From Botryllus schlosseri (Eukaryota), in the NCBI GenBank assembly GCA_051294905.1, contig CM119372.1:22136001-22200000 (forward strand): 64,000 bases of DNA, in the 5' to 3' direction. Shown here piece by piece: positions 23,301 to 36,129 of this stretch. How positions within the stretch are numbered: the first letter of the stretch is position 1; each line of letters opens with the position of its first letter. Under the pieces are notes generated by a model. That model was not told where the DNA came from. It saw only the letters and a list, made by a program, of their open reading frames with translations, and made no database searches. The position numbers and the translations under genes are program-made.

Positions 23301-26300
23301 TCTATTTCAAGAAATTCACAAATAAAAACTCTTCTGTTGGCAACGGAGCGATTACGTTGTTCGTATCATCAGTGTTTAATAATGTAATTTTAATCACATA
23401 AACAACTGGGATCATTTCTGAAATACAATCATCCGCTAGAAGCATGGGCAGTGCCTAAAGCAGTGGGCTTGATATCCATGATTAATAGTCTCTATGCCAT
23501 GCAATCAATTGACATATTATCATATATGAAATAAACCATGTGCCAATGTGGTGCTGCTGTGTTTGCTATTGATGTATTGCAACACAAGCTGGTTAAAATA
23601 ATTAGCACATTTGGTAGTGATTATGGATTTCTCGACTGGACTGCCAGTATTCCACAATGAGAAACAATTACAATTCCTTCGACATTAACGTATAGTTAAT
23701 TCAACCACCAAAATATTAGCAAGTTGCAGTTACCTTTCTCAGCCGGATCATTAGTTGCTGACATATTCACCAGGTTTGAAGCCATATCTCTAACACATAC
23801 TCGATTCAATACACCCCTGTCGTTAGGATCTTGATTCTTGGCCCGCCCACAGTCTGTTGCATCATGAACTGAGGACGCGTGCTTCGCAGTGGAGAGGTCT
23901 GAAAGTTTTTTATGTCTCAAGAGATAGCACATATTAAACAACCACAAATTACATTATTGCATTAAACTAAAGAAAGAGAGGTTTGAACGCTTCCAGGCTA
24001 CGCCCCATCGCATTTTTGGCATCTGAATACAGTATCACCCTTCGTGCCTTGTTTATGAGCTGAAAGTGCACAAGAAACGCATTCATTATATTATCTCCCT
24101 ACACATATTCGGCCTCTTCTACCAAGGTGCTGTTGTTCAACGTGCATAATGGGTTGGGCATTCGGTCACCTGTGAAGGCGCGAAACCGAACTGACTAAAA
24201 TATCTTGGTTGAATGGGCCGATGATAGCGAATGGCATTCTCCTGCTATGTACAAAATTAAAATATATTGTTCACACCAAATGACAAGATGTGAGTGGGCC
24301 ATGCTCAAAGTCAGGGGATGAGGATTCAGTCATGGACAAGTTCTTAAGTGACCATTGAAGGTCGACACACCAAAAGTCAATCAACACGAGAAAGGGTGGT
24401 GGAGTCACGGAAATAACCGAACCCTAAGATTCACATCACCACTTCTGTATGGCCGTTTCGACAGAGGTAGTATCTGTTCTGGCATTGAACTTCTGGCTGT
24501 TGCAAGATTCATCTGCAGTAGATAAATGGTTATACCAACATACGAACAAAGATATTCAGCATTGAAAAGATATATTGTAACAGGGCAAAAGTAAGAGTGT
24601 TATACCCCTGACACGCTCGACCATGATTAGTGTCTCAGTATGGTACCTTCCCGGCGATGCCAGTCCTAGTTTTCCTATCGTCACAGCAGACTATGGTAAC
24701 ATTGTTCCAGCTACATATATCACATTGTAACCACTTGAGGTATTATTCTTCCGAACAAATTATTACAGACCGGAAAATATTACTCAAGTTTCCAAAATTT
24801 GGTTATTTTGTTTCAAATTAGTCCAGGGTTTCGCGTCGTAGCTCAATGTAACTTCAGGTATGTTAGGAGACATAAGTACCGCATGCGCACTCAAAATATC
24901 AAGGGGATTTCTCCACCCTTAGCGGTGAGGGCGATTGTTACATTTGCCCCCAGTTACATTTGTCCCAGGTCTCCCCTACAATTTGAAAATGCTCTGTGGC
25001 CCACCTCAAAATTTGGTACGCTGATCACCAAATAAATGGTCAGCACATTGGCCCAGACTTACTCACGGCTAGGGCCAGGCAAAATCGAGTACCTGAGTGA
25101 TTCGATTCTTTATCACACATTACACTTCGAGTCGAGTCGAGTATTCGAGTATCACTCATTATGATGTCACAACAGAATGTAGGCTACTATGTCAAAACCT
25201 CAAATATGTACCTTTTATGCCACCACAAAGAACATGATGCCCGTTGTCCACCACATTAAAGATACTTTGGTATTTTTTCGACCATACCGATTGCATTGCA
25301 CTTTCTGACAATGTTGACGGGTGATCATGAGATTCACGACTTCGGAAATGTTATTTCCAGTAACGTTCGTAGCTTTGCACTATGTCTCGTATGCTGTGAC
25401 ACGGTCAATCAAGGTTTCAAAGCTTTCTCAGTGGAAAATAGTATCAAAACTATAATTCTTGTTGGTAAATTAACTTTCAGCTGCGAGGAGCGTACAATTT
25501 CAGTAGTCGAAAAAATGGTCTTTTACTACTCGACTCGAATTAATGAAATTGATACTCGATTTAGATTCGAGCACTCAAATCACTGCGCCGAGCCCTACTC
25601 ACGGCCTATGTTAGAATCTGATCAAGTTCAACATCTTCGCGATCCCCAGAAAGGGGCAAACGATCCCAAGATTGAGAACCACAATCTTTGACTAATGTAT
25701 TAAAACGGCCTTACCGACACTAGGAATATTCGGTTTCTTAAAATTGCGATAACAATTATTCTAATCAGAGTAATTGCTAGTTATTCCCAGATATTTTGTA
25801 TTGTAGATTTTTTGAGGACAGGGCACCCATATTAAAATCAACATATGTGACACTAAAAAAAATTTCAAGTAGCATAAATCTTCCCCACAATAAGATATTG
25901 TTTTTGTTGATTCCCGAAAAAAATGTCAACTCCATTCAAGCCTTCAAAATCCAGGACATTTAAGCATATCTCCGCATTTCCTCCCGGATGCAGTTTAAAC
26001 AGGGAAATTCCAGACTTATGGCAACCCTAGTGTAGCCAAGGGGGCAAAAATTGTACTTTGCCACCCAAACTTTTCATTACACCCTGCCACACTAATTTGT
26101 TTAGAGATAATGATGGTGTAGCTGCTTGAGAGTGCCTTCAAGCATTGCGCTTCCAAATGGATGAATTATTCCAAGAATAAAACAAAAATATTTGTCACGC
26201 ACTGCCTTCGGCTTCTTTCTTTTTATCGACTTGTTCTTGAATACTGGCGTAAGCCTCTTTCAACATAACATCGATGGCTTCATGCAGTGAGGCTTTATCA

Positions 26301-29300
26301 TCGATGAACACCGTGGATTTATCAGACTCCACATTAACATCAACATTTTGAGTTGGTATCTGTAACAATAATCAACATAACAACATACAAATATCACTAT
26401 CATATAAGTAGGTGAATACCTCAGCCTTTAATATTGCCAATGGCCAATTGGCAGAGCTATTGGCAGCTTGTGGATCACATGTATGCTGTTTTATCAGATT
26501 TTCGATTTCCTTGTCTCGAACAGGTCTCTTATTCACAAATAAGAAGAGTTTATCGGCAGATTTTCGGAAGTGTCTTGTATCTGATTCAAGAGAGACAATC
26601 ATCATGAAAGATAATTTTAATATATGGCAACCCATTTATAGGAAGATGGAGCATTGCCAATGGCAAAAGTAGAATGCATGATGCATGTTTGCGACTAACA
26701 CAAAATGAATCACGACACTTTAAACTGGTGCGATTAGCGAAAATGTGTAGTTACCATCATACAGGGGCCATTTCACTCATAATCATGATGGAAACATATC
26801 CCCCAAAACTGCTTTCTACAATACAAAATAAAAAGTGTAAAAGGAAGTAGCTTTGTCTTAAAAGCTGTTAAGTAGAAATATCAAAACCTACTTGATTGCT
26901 CCGAAAAAATATATATAGTACTTTATTACTGACCAGTTGACGAAATCTGGTTATGCAGCGCACACACCCTGCGCAAGGAGAGTTCAAAGATAAAATATTA
27001 CCTGTTGTTGTTGGAATGATTGCCGAGACACTAATACCGGAACTGGGGCGATGATGATGCACTTCTATCATCTGCGACGCGATTTGAGGTCCAACGATAT
27101 TCTGTAAAGCCGTCTGCCAATTTTTGCAAGATGGTTTCTGCCACACTACTGACTGAAAGCAACACAATTTGTTTCAAAATGTTCTACAAATCAGTTGGAA
27201 AAATTTAGGCGCAGAAATGCGTAGTTCAATTGTATGACTAATGCTACAATACCACAAGCAAGAGTGCTTGAAAAATATTCACTTGCCTTATTGTGAAGGA
27301 AAGTGAATTTCTTCTCCGGATGAATAAGCCCGAATGCGGTCAGGATATCTTCAGTATTTTTCAGTATGAGCTTCTTCTTGGACTCGGTTTGATAGTACTG
27401 CAATCGTACAGGCATCTTGTGAAATATTTTGCTTGCAACTACGGTAGTTCCCTGAAAACAGAAGTATATTCTTGAGTTTTTCACGGCATGCCAATTTCGC
27501 TATCAAATAATCAACATCTATTTTATATCAGTATTGCTGTAAGCAAGTATTCCGTTATAAAGTAGGCTGCAAGGATTGCTGTAACAACCAACTTAGTAAA
27601 TGTTGCGCCACAGTGAAAATTGAATGATCGTCATGCAACCATTCAAAATTTGAAGAAAAAATTATCATGTTGATTGTTGGCATGAAGTGTTCATTCTGAA
27701 ATACCCTTCTTCGCATCATCTGTTATATAATTTTCCATAACCAGAATGAAAAAATGTCAGAACATAGGCAAGCATAGAATATTTCAATATGTACTACTCA
27801 TTCCATCATAAGATATAATCCACCCTGTAGTTAAATACTAAAATATGGATTAAAAGCAGTGTATTGAGTCAGCAACTCATTTAGAGAGGTACAAACCCTC
27901 CTGATGACGACAAGCACCCACTCTATCAGTACTAATCAGAGGTGGTCATTTAGGAAATACATTCATATTTAGGGTGTGCTCGAATAGGCTTTGTCTACAT
28001 GCACTACATATTTGGGTGGTATTCACGGAAGCCTACTACTTTACATAGTAGGTCAGTAACTGAGTACTTCTATTTTTCAAAGTACTCAAGTAGGGGTGGC
28101 ACTTACTCAATTGCTCATGCTTGCACAATGCATCCACTTCTACTTACCTTTAACGGTTTGACGTTTGTAAAGCAGAAAGTAGTTAGAATCTGGAACGGTT
28201 GGTATCACTCTTGAGAGTGAAATTTAATATCAACAAGGGGAAATAGCATCAGCATCAGTATCATGGTGATGGAATATATTTATGAAAATTGCGTTATTTG
28301 CGGTGTCATCAGTCCTTTAGTGTGGTGTATTGTACAATCCCAGAAGTAGCCCTCCTCCGATTTACTACTGAACTATGTGACACCTCAACCAATCTACTTT
28401 TTAAAATGACTTGCTAGAGTACTTTTTTACCTTTCATTTGCTACTTCTACTTGGAGAAATGTGTTGGATATTGTTACTTTTACTTGTAATTGACTATTAG
28501 ATCAAGACATTACTTCTCCTTGAGTAGGAAGGCTGATTACTACGGCCACTTCTATTACTCCCAGCAGATTTTAGACCCAAGCTGCTTACGCTTTTTGTTT
28601 TTGTCAAGTGCAGAGCATAGTGTTTGGATAGATTTTCATCAGTTACACCTGTGATATTCTCACAACAACCGGGCGATGCAATCCCTTTTAGAGCGTTGTC
28701 GGGATGACTCGATGCAACTGTTTTGCATGACTTGACTTGGTCGCTTTGCAAATATGACTTGACTCGGCGTTTCAGAAATGTGGATAACTCGGAGCAAAAT
28801 TTATGAGTCAGTTTCAAGTCAAGTAAACGGTATCGACTAACTTGTTGCATCTTGTATAATGTATATGTTCAGATTATTCGCGATACGCTGGTGTGACTCG
28901 TGAGAGGAACCAGTCATTCAATGATTGGTTAAACAGTTCCACAGGGTAGTAGTAAAACTTGAGCACATTACATTTTTATTTAATCGAAAACTTCTTCCTC
29001 TTTTCGTAATGATTATACAGGTTGGAATTGATGCAAAATTGGTGTGCAGCGTTTTTAGGCAACCTAAAAATTATATCAAATAGCTAGCAAAATTTGAAAA
29101 CATTAGTTATTTTTGAACAGCCCTATTGAGCAATTTCATACCTTGTGTTCTCTAAAAATAGTTTAGGCTTTCCTTAGAAAATTGTTACTTTTAAGTGTAA
29201 TAACAAGCAAAGATTGAGGGAATAACTTAGAGTTGCAATAAGTTACCTGGGCTAAATGTGAGGGTTTCACAGCGGTTATAATTCCCTTGTCGTTAAACGA

Positions 29301-30405
29301 GTACTTGCTACTAAAATGGTCCGTCTCTGTCCTTGTAGTGATAAATACCTTCAAAATAGTTGCTATGATTGGGAGGTTAACAATATAAAAGGAATCAACA
29401 TTACATCAGCAACGTGACAGAGCGAGCTCAGTGCCTCTCCACGAAAACCATAAGTCGAAAGCGTCGCTAGATCTGTCGTTGACGTTATTTTCGAAGTGTA
29501 ATGACGCTGAGCTGCAAATTCGACACCATCCTGCTTGATACCTTTCACAGCACATAACACAAAAGCATAGATGAAGGCCAAGGCGTACTACTGTTGCTCA
29601 ACAGCATACCCGTGCCATTATCGCGCACTTCAATTCTCGTCAGGCCGTAATTCTCAAACTTCACCTCAATGCAAGTTGCGCCCGCATCCAGCGCGTTTTC
29701 AACCAGCTCTTTCACAACACTTTCAACTTTGGTGATTACCTGAAATCAATTTTGAACTCTTCATGGGATCAAGTCGGGTTGGTTTACTACTAATGCCAGA
29801 AAAATAGCTTGAAATTACGACCTATGGCATCACTGAATGCAACACAGTCTTCAACCAAGATGTGGTCAGAAAAAGCATACCGTCAATTTACTAGTTAATG
29901 GTACAGGTTGCCTTCTCTCACGCTGCCAATCGACTATTTAACTCTACTAATACTTGACTGACCAATTGTTGTGCTATAGAAAGTGGTAAATTCATGGACT
30001 ATCACATTTACAGTACCACTATATCAATCACAATCATAAATCCAATTTTTGCAGCTTCAACATCTCACAAAAAGTTGCTTTTCCCAGCTCTCAATTACAT
30101 CTCAGATAACTACTTTTCTACTTCACTGAATTAATTTGGGTATGCTTACAAGAACTACATTTACACAAGTAGAACCAGTGTCTCAATGATCATCATTATT
30201 TCGTTAAGCAATATTTCAACAACTAGAATAATGCAACAAAGCCACATTCTGGTCATAGCAACGCAGATCAGTAATACATAAGAATTTTTAAATTTTGGAT
30301 TTCATTTTTTTTCCCTGTTACCTCTCGAAACCATTGTACTAAATAGAACCTCACTTGTAAACTTGAAAGCAGCTGGGCCGTGTCCTTTGACAGCTTATTC
30401 ATCAT
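20345..30405 (-). CDS. PMS1: MutL-family mismatch repair protein PMS1, about 17 coding exons
   Basis: N-terminus [46 protein letters not shown], then [13 protein letters not shown] and [12 protein letters not shown]1-specific [12 protein letters not shown] and C-terminal AEAVRIS..CFHNKP. Exons include 30405-30355, 29739-29610, 29541-29405, 29348-29247, 27451-27287, 27152-27002, 26580-26420, 26359-~26200 ... 22522-22393, 21884-~21690, 21534-21392 and 20502-20345. Middle exons are approximate. Confidence 0.9.
25070..25597. mobile_element. hAT MITE (same family as 16190-16741, opposite orientation) in a PMS1 intron
   Basis: TAGGGC...GCCCTA termini. Perfect TSD CTCACGGC (25062-25069, 25598-25605). 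Confidence 0.93.
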
Positions 30406-30977
30406 CAAGCACAGTACTTTAATACTAATGTATATATTTCAACACCCAGAGGGATATGCATAAATTGTGTCTGTACCTGAAACAGAAAACATTTGAATGA
30501 AACCATGATACTTTGAGGTACCAATACTGAGCAAAAAACTTAATTCTTGTGAAAAGTGATTGAGTGAGATAATCTCGAATTTGCCGATGATCGAACCTTG
30601 ATCTCAAAGATCTTCTCAAAGTTGAAATGAATGTAGTACCACTGTACCAGTACTTCAAACTTTGCACCACACTGTGCTAATAATATAATGTTGTCCATTA
30701 CACAAAGAATCGGGGGGTTAGAAATGACATTTCATTTTGAAATTAACAGTAAAATTATTACTCAACTCTCAATTTAAACTTTGTATTTAACTAATCATTT
30801 CTGGCAAGCCAATAATATCATTGGATAGTTGGTATTTATGGGGTGTTTGACACTCTCTCTAGCCAAATCTCAACACGATCAGGCCAACCTTCAATACCAT
30901 GCGTTCATCAATTCAATTGCTTCTAACAGCGGATTAGCAAGGGGATACCATAGAAATTTCCTACAGCCCCAGCACAA

Positions 30978-31397
30978 TTATAAATCTTTTGGCAAAGATT
31001 GGAGCAACCTCTGTTTTATCGAGGGCAAAACAGCCAGATGCTCATCGGCACATTTTAACAGACAAGAATCGAAGTTTTGTTTCGCCCTCTCTTCTCCGAC
31101 GGCCGACAAGCTGTCCTGCGCCGCGTCCTGGCAAGTCATAATACATCTTTGTATTCGGTTTTGGAATCTCTCTAGTTCTTGTTTCACGTTACTCTGCAGT
31201 TCCATCAGCGGCCTCTGACACGACTGAATGCATCTTTGAACATCTTCAGCGGTTGAAATTGAGTCTTCACAACACTTTGCTCCACACAGGTAAGATTTTC
31301 TTTGCAAACTACGTACATGTTTTTTCTCCAGTTCCCTCTGCATGTCATTGGCAGCAGTATCAATCTCTGCCATTTTCTGCTTGACATGTTCGCCCAT
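30978..31397 (-). CDS. FAM136A: FAM136A (DUF842) mitochondrial intermembrane-space protein, single coding exon
   Basis: 139-aa ORF with VRSLQRKSYLCGAKCCED, VQRCIQSC, ELERFQNRIQRCIMTCQD and CLLKCADEH (CX3C pattern). Confidence 0.93.
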   Translation of the reverse strand: MGEHVKQKMAEIDTAANDMQRELEKKHVRSLQRKSYLCGAKCCEDSISTAEDVQRCIQSCQRPLMELQSNVKQELERFQNRIQRCIMTCQDAAQDSLSAVGEERAKQNFDSCLLKCADEHLAVLPSIKQRLLQSLPKDL

Positions 31398-32327
31398 TTC
31401 AAATGCAATTAGTTAAAACCACCAATTTATCAGGAGAAACACTGTAAACATAAAGTGAGCACCATGATTGATCTAAAAATTCGTTTCAATCCAAATTTGA
31501 TCACTTAGACAGTTCATACCGTATATTTGACTGAAGTTACTACAGCATGTTGTAGTACACCAACTTGAGAAGCAAGTATCCCATGGTCCATCCCAACAGT
31601 AGGCAATCTGGGCATACACATTACACATTGACCAGAGTATAAGGATTTAAAATCCTTAATTTGGATTCTCACAACCACTCTCAATATGAAATAGAGACAA
31701 TGCTTGCTCTAATGCTCATCCTGAAGCTAGTTCCTAGAAGTCATAAAGCACTACTGTGGTCACTGCTACTGATCAACTAATCAACAATATCTTATCTTCA
31801 GGTAGGCCAAGTATACGAGATGCTTTTTGCCAATGACTTGACAAATACATGGAAATAAAATGCACCCGTACTGTGACAGAAACCAAAACAATCGCAAAAC
31901 CCATATGCACTCGCACCCAAATAATCTTCACATTCTTGTTGCTAATCAACCAGAAGTTTTTACCGAAAGCAAACAGTGATACTTATTACACCAACATTCT
32001 GGGTGTCGTATTGTCTAGTGATCAGATGTGATATTTCAAATTTTCGTTGCATTTGTTGAGTAAAATATGAAACACATAGGACAAATGATACGAGGCAAGG
32101 GGGCAGGGCTCCAGCATTGTCCAGCGACTTATTTTTAAGCAAATGTGTAGCCCAGAAATTGCAATTACAGTTATAGTTGATTTGTTACAACATGTAGCAT
32201 GTCTCAAAATTTGGTGTGCTAGGATGTGTCGAGTCCATCACACTACTTTTCTCTAATCTTGCTCCGAGCTTGAGTATCCCCTTTTATTCAAGCTTGTCAG
32301 AAAGTCGAGTTTCATACCACAAGCTTC

Positions 32328-33032
32328 TCATGATGTCACACCAGATGCACAGTTGTTTTCATATTCCGTTTTATCCATCAATCCCTCAATGGTTTGGGCT
32401 CTCTCATCTAGTTTGATCATCACGACGGCAATATACCCATCCGTGTCATGTTTCTCCTTCAATAATGCCGGGTTCTCTACAAGCTTCTCATTAACCTCCA
32501 CCAGATTCCCTCGAATTCCTGACCGAACAGTATAAGCAGCATCATCATTGGTCGTAACAATACACAAGGGACTTTCCGGATTCAACCATTGTGCGCCTCT
32601 TTTCCTTTTACCAGAGACAACATTTCTGGAACGATCGCACTTATCGGTCACTCTGAAACTGACACTTTTGATACCAGACTTGCTCGTCAGCGACGGGTGG
32701 CTAGGAGCTAGGGTAATAATGCATAGTTTGTTTGAATGCATCAAGACCCTTACATGGTTCTGTTCCGAAAATGGCAAGGTCGCAAATCCCAAGGCAGGTA
32801 TATTCATGCTATAGTATTGAGAAAAATATCTTTCCACGACTGATGGATAGAATTTGCATTCCTTCTGAAAATCCCCAACCTGGAGGGTGCCAATTTGCTC
32901 TGTGTGCATCATGTCTGTTGCGTTATGCATTTCTGAGGAGTCATTTTTTATATCACTGTTTTCTTCAGGAGAGTCATACGAGGTATTTTTTTCTTCACCC
33001 AAGCGTGTTCCTACTTCTGCCAGGGATTCCAT
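32328..33032 (-). CDS. ABITRAM: Abitram/Simiate (FAM206A; glycine-cleavage-H-like fold), single coding exon
   Basis: YPSVVERYF, HSNKLCIITLAPSHP, DRSRNVVSGKRKRGAQWL, IRGNLVEVNE, GYIAVV. Confidence 0.92.
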   Translation of the reverse strand: MESLAEVGTRLGEEKNTSYDSPEENSDIKNDSSEMHNATDMMHTEQIGTLQVGDFQKECKFYPSVVERYFSQYYSMNIPALGFATLPFSEQNHVRVLMHSNKLCIITLAPSHPSLTSKSGIKSVSFRVTDKCDRSRNVVSGKRKRGAQWLNPESPLCIVTTNDDAAYTVRSGIRGNLVEVNEKLVENPALLKEKHDTDGYIAVVMIKLDERAQTIEGLMDKTEYENNCASGVTS

Positions 33033-33203
33033 GCCGCGTTATTGCTAAGTACTTCTAATTTGAATGACCTTTTTCCATTAATTGACTGATGATATTTGCC
33101 TCCAACCGCTAGATATTGACCAAGAGTAGATTATATCAATATCCTGGATAGACGCAACAATAAAGTTTATACCAAGTAAACGATTATCCACACAGGCAAT
33201 ATT

Positions 33204-33446
33204 CTATTGCTCCTCTTTATAGCCTAAAGATTCCAAAGGTTCCTTGACCATCAAGTTGTTATCCATGCGACATGACAAATAATTCTTTGCCTCGATCCGA
33301 CAGGCGCTGCTGTCGAACTTATTGGCCTTGAGACAGTTCATAAATGCATCCTTGAATTCGACACATTCACCCAAGTGATCCAGAGGGAATGCACCTTTGG
33401 CCGGAGGCACAGGCTTGAAGGTTTTTTGAAATGGACCGGCTGACAT
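33204..33446 (-). CDS. COX19: Cytochrome c oxidase assembly factor COX19 (twin CX9C), single coding exon
   Basis: PPAKGAFPLDHLGEC..FMNCL..CRIEAKNYLSCRMDNNLM..LGY. Confidence 0.95.
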   Translation of the reverse strand: MSAGPFQKTFKPVPPAKGAFPLDHLGECVEFKDAFMNCLKANKFDSSACRIEAKNYLSCRMDNNLMVKEPLESLGYKEEQ

Positions 33447-34013
33447 ACTTTAATCGAATTGAACAGCCACGAATTTAGTGAATATAGTCCACTCTATGCC
33501 ACCTCTTTTATTCTATCATCTGAAATATTATTAACATCTATGTTCATGCAAGCAAACAAAGTTCGCAATGAGCACGAAGGACTATAGATTTATATGACGT
33601 CGATCGCAAAATACCTCCCGTTTTTTTGCAAGACAAAAGAGAAATCAAGCGAAATATGTTAAATAGTCAACGATTATAGCTTAAACATACCCCATAACTT
33701 TACATGAGATAGGCAAAATCTAGTGGCAACTGGCAACATTGATTGTTTCTTATTAACTAGAATCATTTTGAGCATAATTTCAGCAATTTACAGTTTTTTG
33801 ATTCCATGCCTAAAGTAAAGTAACTGATGATCAAGAGTGGAATTGGTGGTCATGTCACCCGCAACTTTCCATTCAATTACCTATTTATCCTACGCAAGAA
33901 ACATTTTTGTCATGCGCAACGTTAGCGACCTAGCAACCAAACCACTGTTACGAGTCTGGCTGATGACTAGACAAGACAGTCACAGACTCACAGTTCCACT
34001 CATGACGTAACTA

Positions 34014-34374
34014 TATGCTTACCATATTTTGGAAATCTAAAAAGAGGACACTTTTTCAGAAATTTGCAACTTGCAAAACCGGAGTAGAATTCTCAAAATC
34101 CGGTGAATTTTTCCCACTTTGCGATATGTTGACTAAAAAAAAAAAGGTCATCTTTTCGCTCAGAGCTAAAATCACCGTTTTTCACTACGAAATACCCGCC
34201 GGAGCGTCACTTCTGTGCTAATATGCGGCATATCACTCGCAATTTGCTCTAAATCTGACCTAAATTTTCAAAAAAGAGGACAAAATCTTAAAAAAGAAGA
34301 CAAAAGGGCGTCCTCCGAGGACACTTTCAAAAAAGAGGACAAATCCTCTTAAAAGAGGACGTATGGTAAGCCTA
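34014..34374. mobile_element. hAT MITE (Blackjack-like), 361 bp
   Basis: TIR TA(T/G)GCTTACCATA. Perfect TSD CGTAACTA (34006-34013, 34375-34382). AAAAGAGGAC subterminal repeats. Confidence 0.92.
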
Positions 34375-35135
34375 CGTAACTATCAAAGGATGAAATGTTT
34401 TTGTAGTTTCTCAGTGACATATCCCCTTTCACCGACCGCCTGAACGCTATAAAACTATAGTACGCGTGCCCCTAAGGGACTCCCCCCTCCATGGACCCTA
34501 AACCAATCGTTCTCTATTCCACTTCCGCAAAACCCTTCCATGACTTGCCAACTGATTTTGTCGCTTGTCATTTTATATTATCTTCTTCTACTTTCATTCT
34601 GCGTGCATGCCTCCTATTTACATCGCCTACGTGGCACGCCCAGGTGCATGTGTGTCTGACTTGAACCACAACGTACAAAGTTATAACTATGGTATACCGT
34701 AACGGTGCGGCGACCCGGCGACATATGCCTATAACAATATTTTCAAGTACCGGTCAGACTTTATATGCGAAAATTCCAGCAGCGTATTGATCTGAAGTAG
34801 TAACGAAACAACTGCCACCACCGACACACAATAATATGACACTCTATCGCTACATGAAGGGCATGTAAGCAACGTGCTGCTGTTGCGCTAGTCGTGTGGG
34901 GTCAGCTGTACTGCTGTAGTAAATATGAAGGTTGCACTGCAAATCATCCGTGAAGTTTTGCCAAATGCCGATATCAAAAACCAGTTAGGGGCAAAGCATT
35001 GCTAGCGCCACAGATATATTAGTAATCATAATCACTAATCATTAATTAACGTATCAAAAGAGATTTTGCGGTTTCCTTGGAAAAATAGTACGAAATTGTC
35101 ATTCACAAACCAATCCATATTCCAGTTTGCCGGTC

Positions 35136-35207
35136 GACTCCGTGGCGCAACGGTAGCGCGTCTGACTCCAGATCAGAAGGTTGCGTGTTCAAATCACGTC
35201 GGGGTCA
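35136..35207 (+). tRNA. tRNA-Trp (anticodon CCA), intronless
   Basis: GACTCCG..TGGCGCAACGGTAGCGCG TCTGA CTCCAGA TCAGA..GTTCAAATC..CGGGGTCA forms a full cloverleaf. A and B boxes present. T5 Pol III terminator at ~35220-35224. Confidence 0.97.
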
Positions 35208-35418
35208 ACTTATCGCATATTTTTCTTTCCGTCTTTGGTGATGTAAATATTTAGCAGGATTCCAAAGTTCTGGTTTGTTTCAAATAGTACCAATTGAACC
35301 ATGTTGCAGATATGTCTCTGCCAAGGTGAGGCTTATCTCTTGCCTCCAAATGTAACCAATGGTTCGAAAACCTCACACTATCTTCATCGTTACTAATATT
35401 TTTTCACCTCAGTTTATC

Positions 35419-35462
35419 TATAGATAACTAACCTACGTAGGGTCGTAGGTTAGTTATCTATA
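35419..35462. mobile_element. 44-bp collapsed TIR element (perfect hairpin) with 7-bp TSD
   Basis: TATAGATAACTAACCTACG-tagggt-CGTAGGTTAGTTATCTATA flanked by GTTTATC at 35412-35418 and 35463-35469. The same TIR end recurs at 62274-62289. Confidence 0.75.
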
Positions 35463-36129
35463 GTTTATCAGTTTGTCGCTCAGTGCGGTATCTCCGGCGG
35501 ATAAGATAAAAGAACGGAAATTGTATGAAATAGTGCTCCTCATGATCGAATACGATGGTTCACATTAATGCAGAAATAGTTTCGCCGGAATGGAATCGTG
35601 ATCACCGAGATTATATATGCTTGCCTCGCTCGCAACAATATTTCGAGTTGATTAAATCTGGTTATAAAATGATTCTGATTTTTCTTGCGTGACAGGACGC
35701 GGCCCATCGTATTCACTGTGTTGGATGTGTTCTGTTCTGCCGCAACGGCGCAACGTTCGGAATGGAGTCTCCCAGACTGGAATTAGTGGTTGTTTTCGGC
35801 AATAAGTTGCGCGCGACAGAAGGGTTTCTTCCATAGAATAATTAAGGAATTAAATGGAAAGTTGCGCGTGACGTTTGCCACCAATTCCACTCTAAAGTCC
35901 TATAATGCAAATTGCAAGTCAAACCGATTCCATCGTATACTTATCAAGCAATATAAGCTCAAGGCTGGTGACAATATTGATATTTATGTTGTCTGCTCAT
36001 TTCAACAGAAATCGATTTATAGCATTTGTATATATAGTCATTCATTCATGCCATATGAATTTACTTTTTTTGGTGTCCTGTATAAGCCAGGGGCTCCCAA
36101 CCCGCCAACCGGTGGTACCTAACCATATA

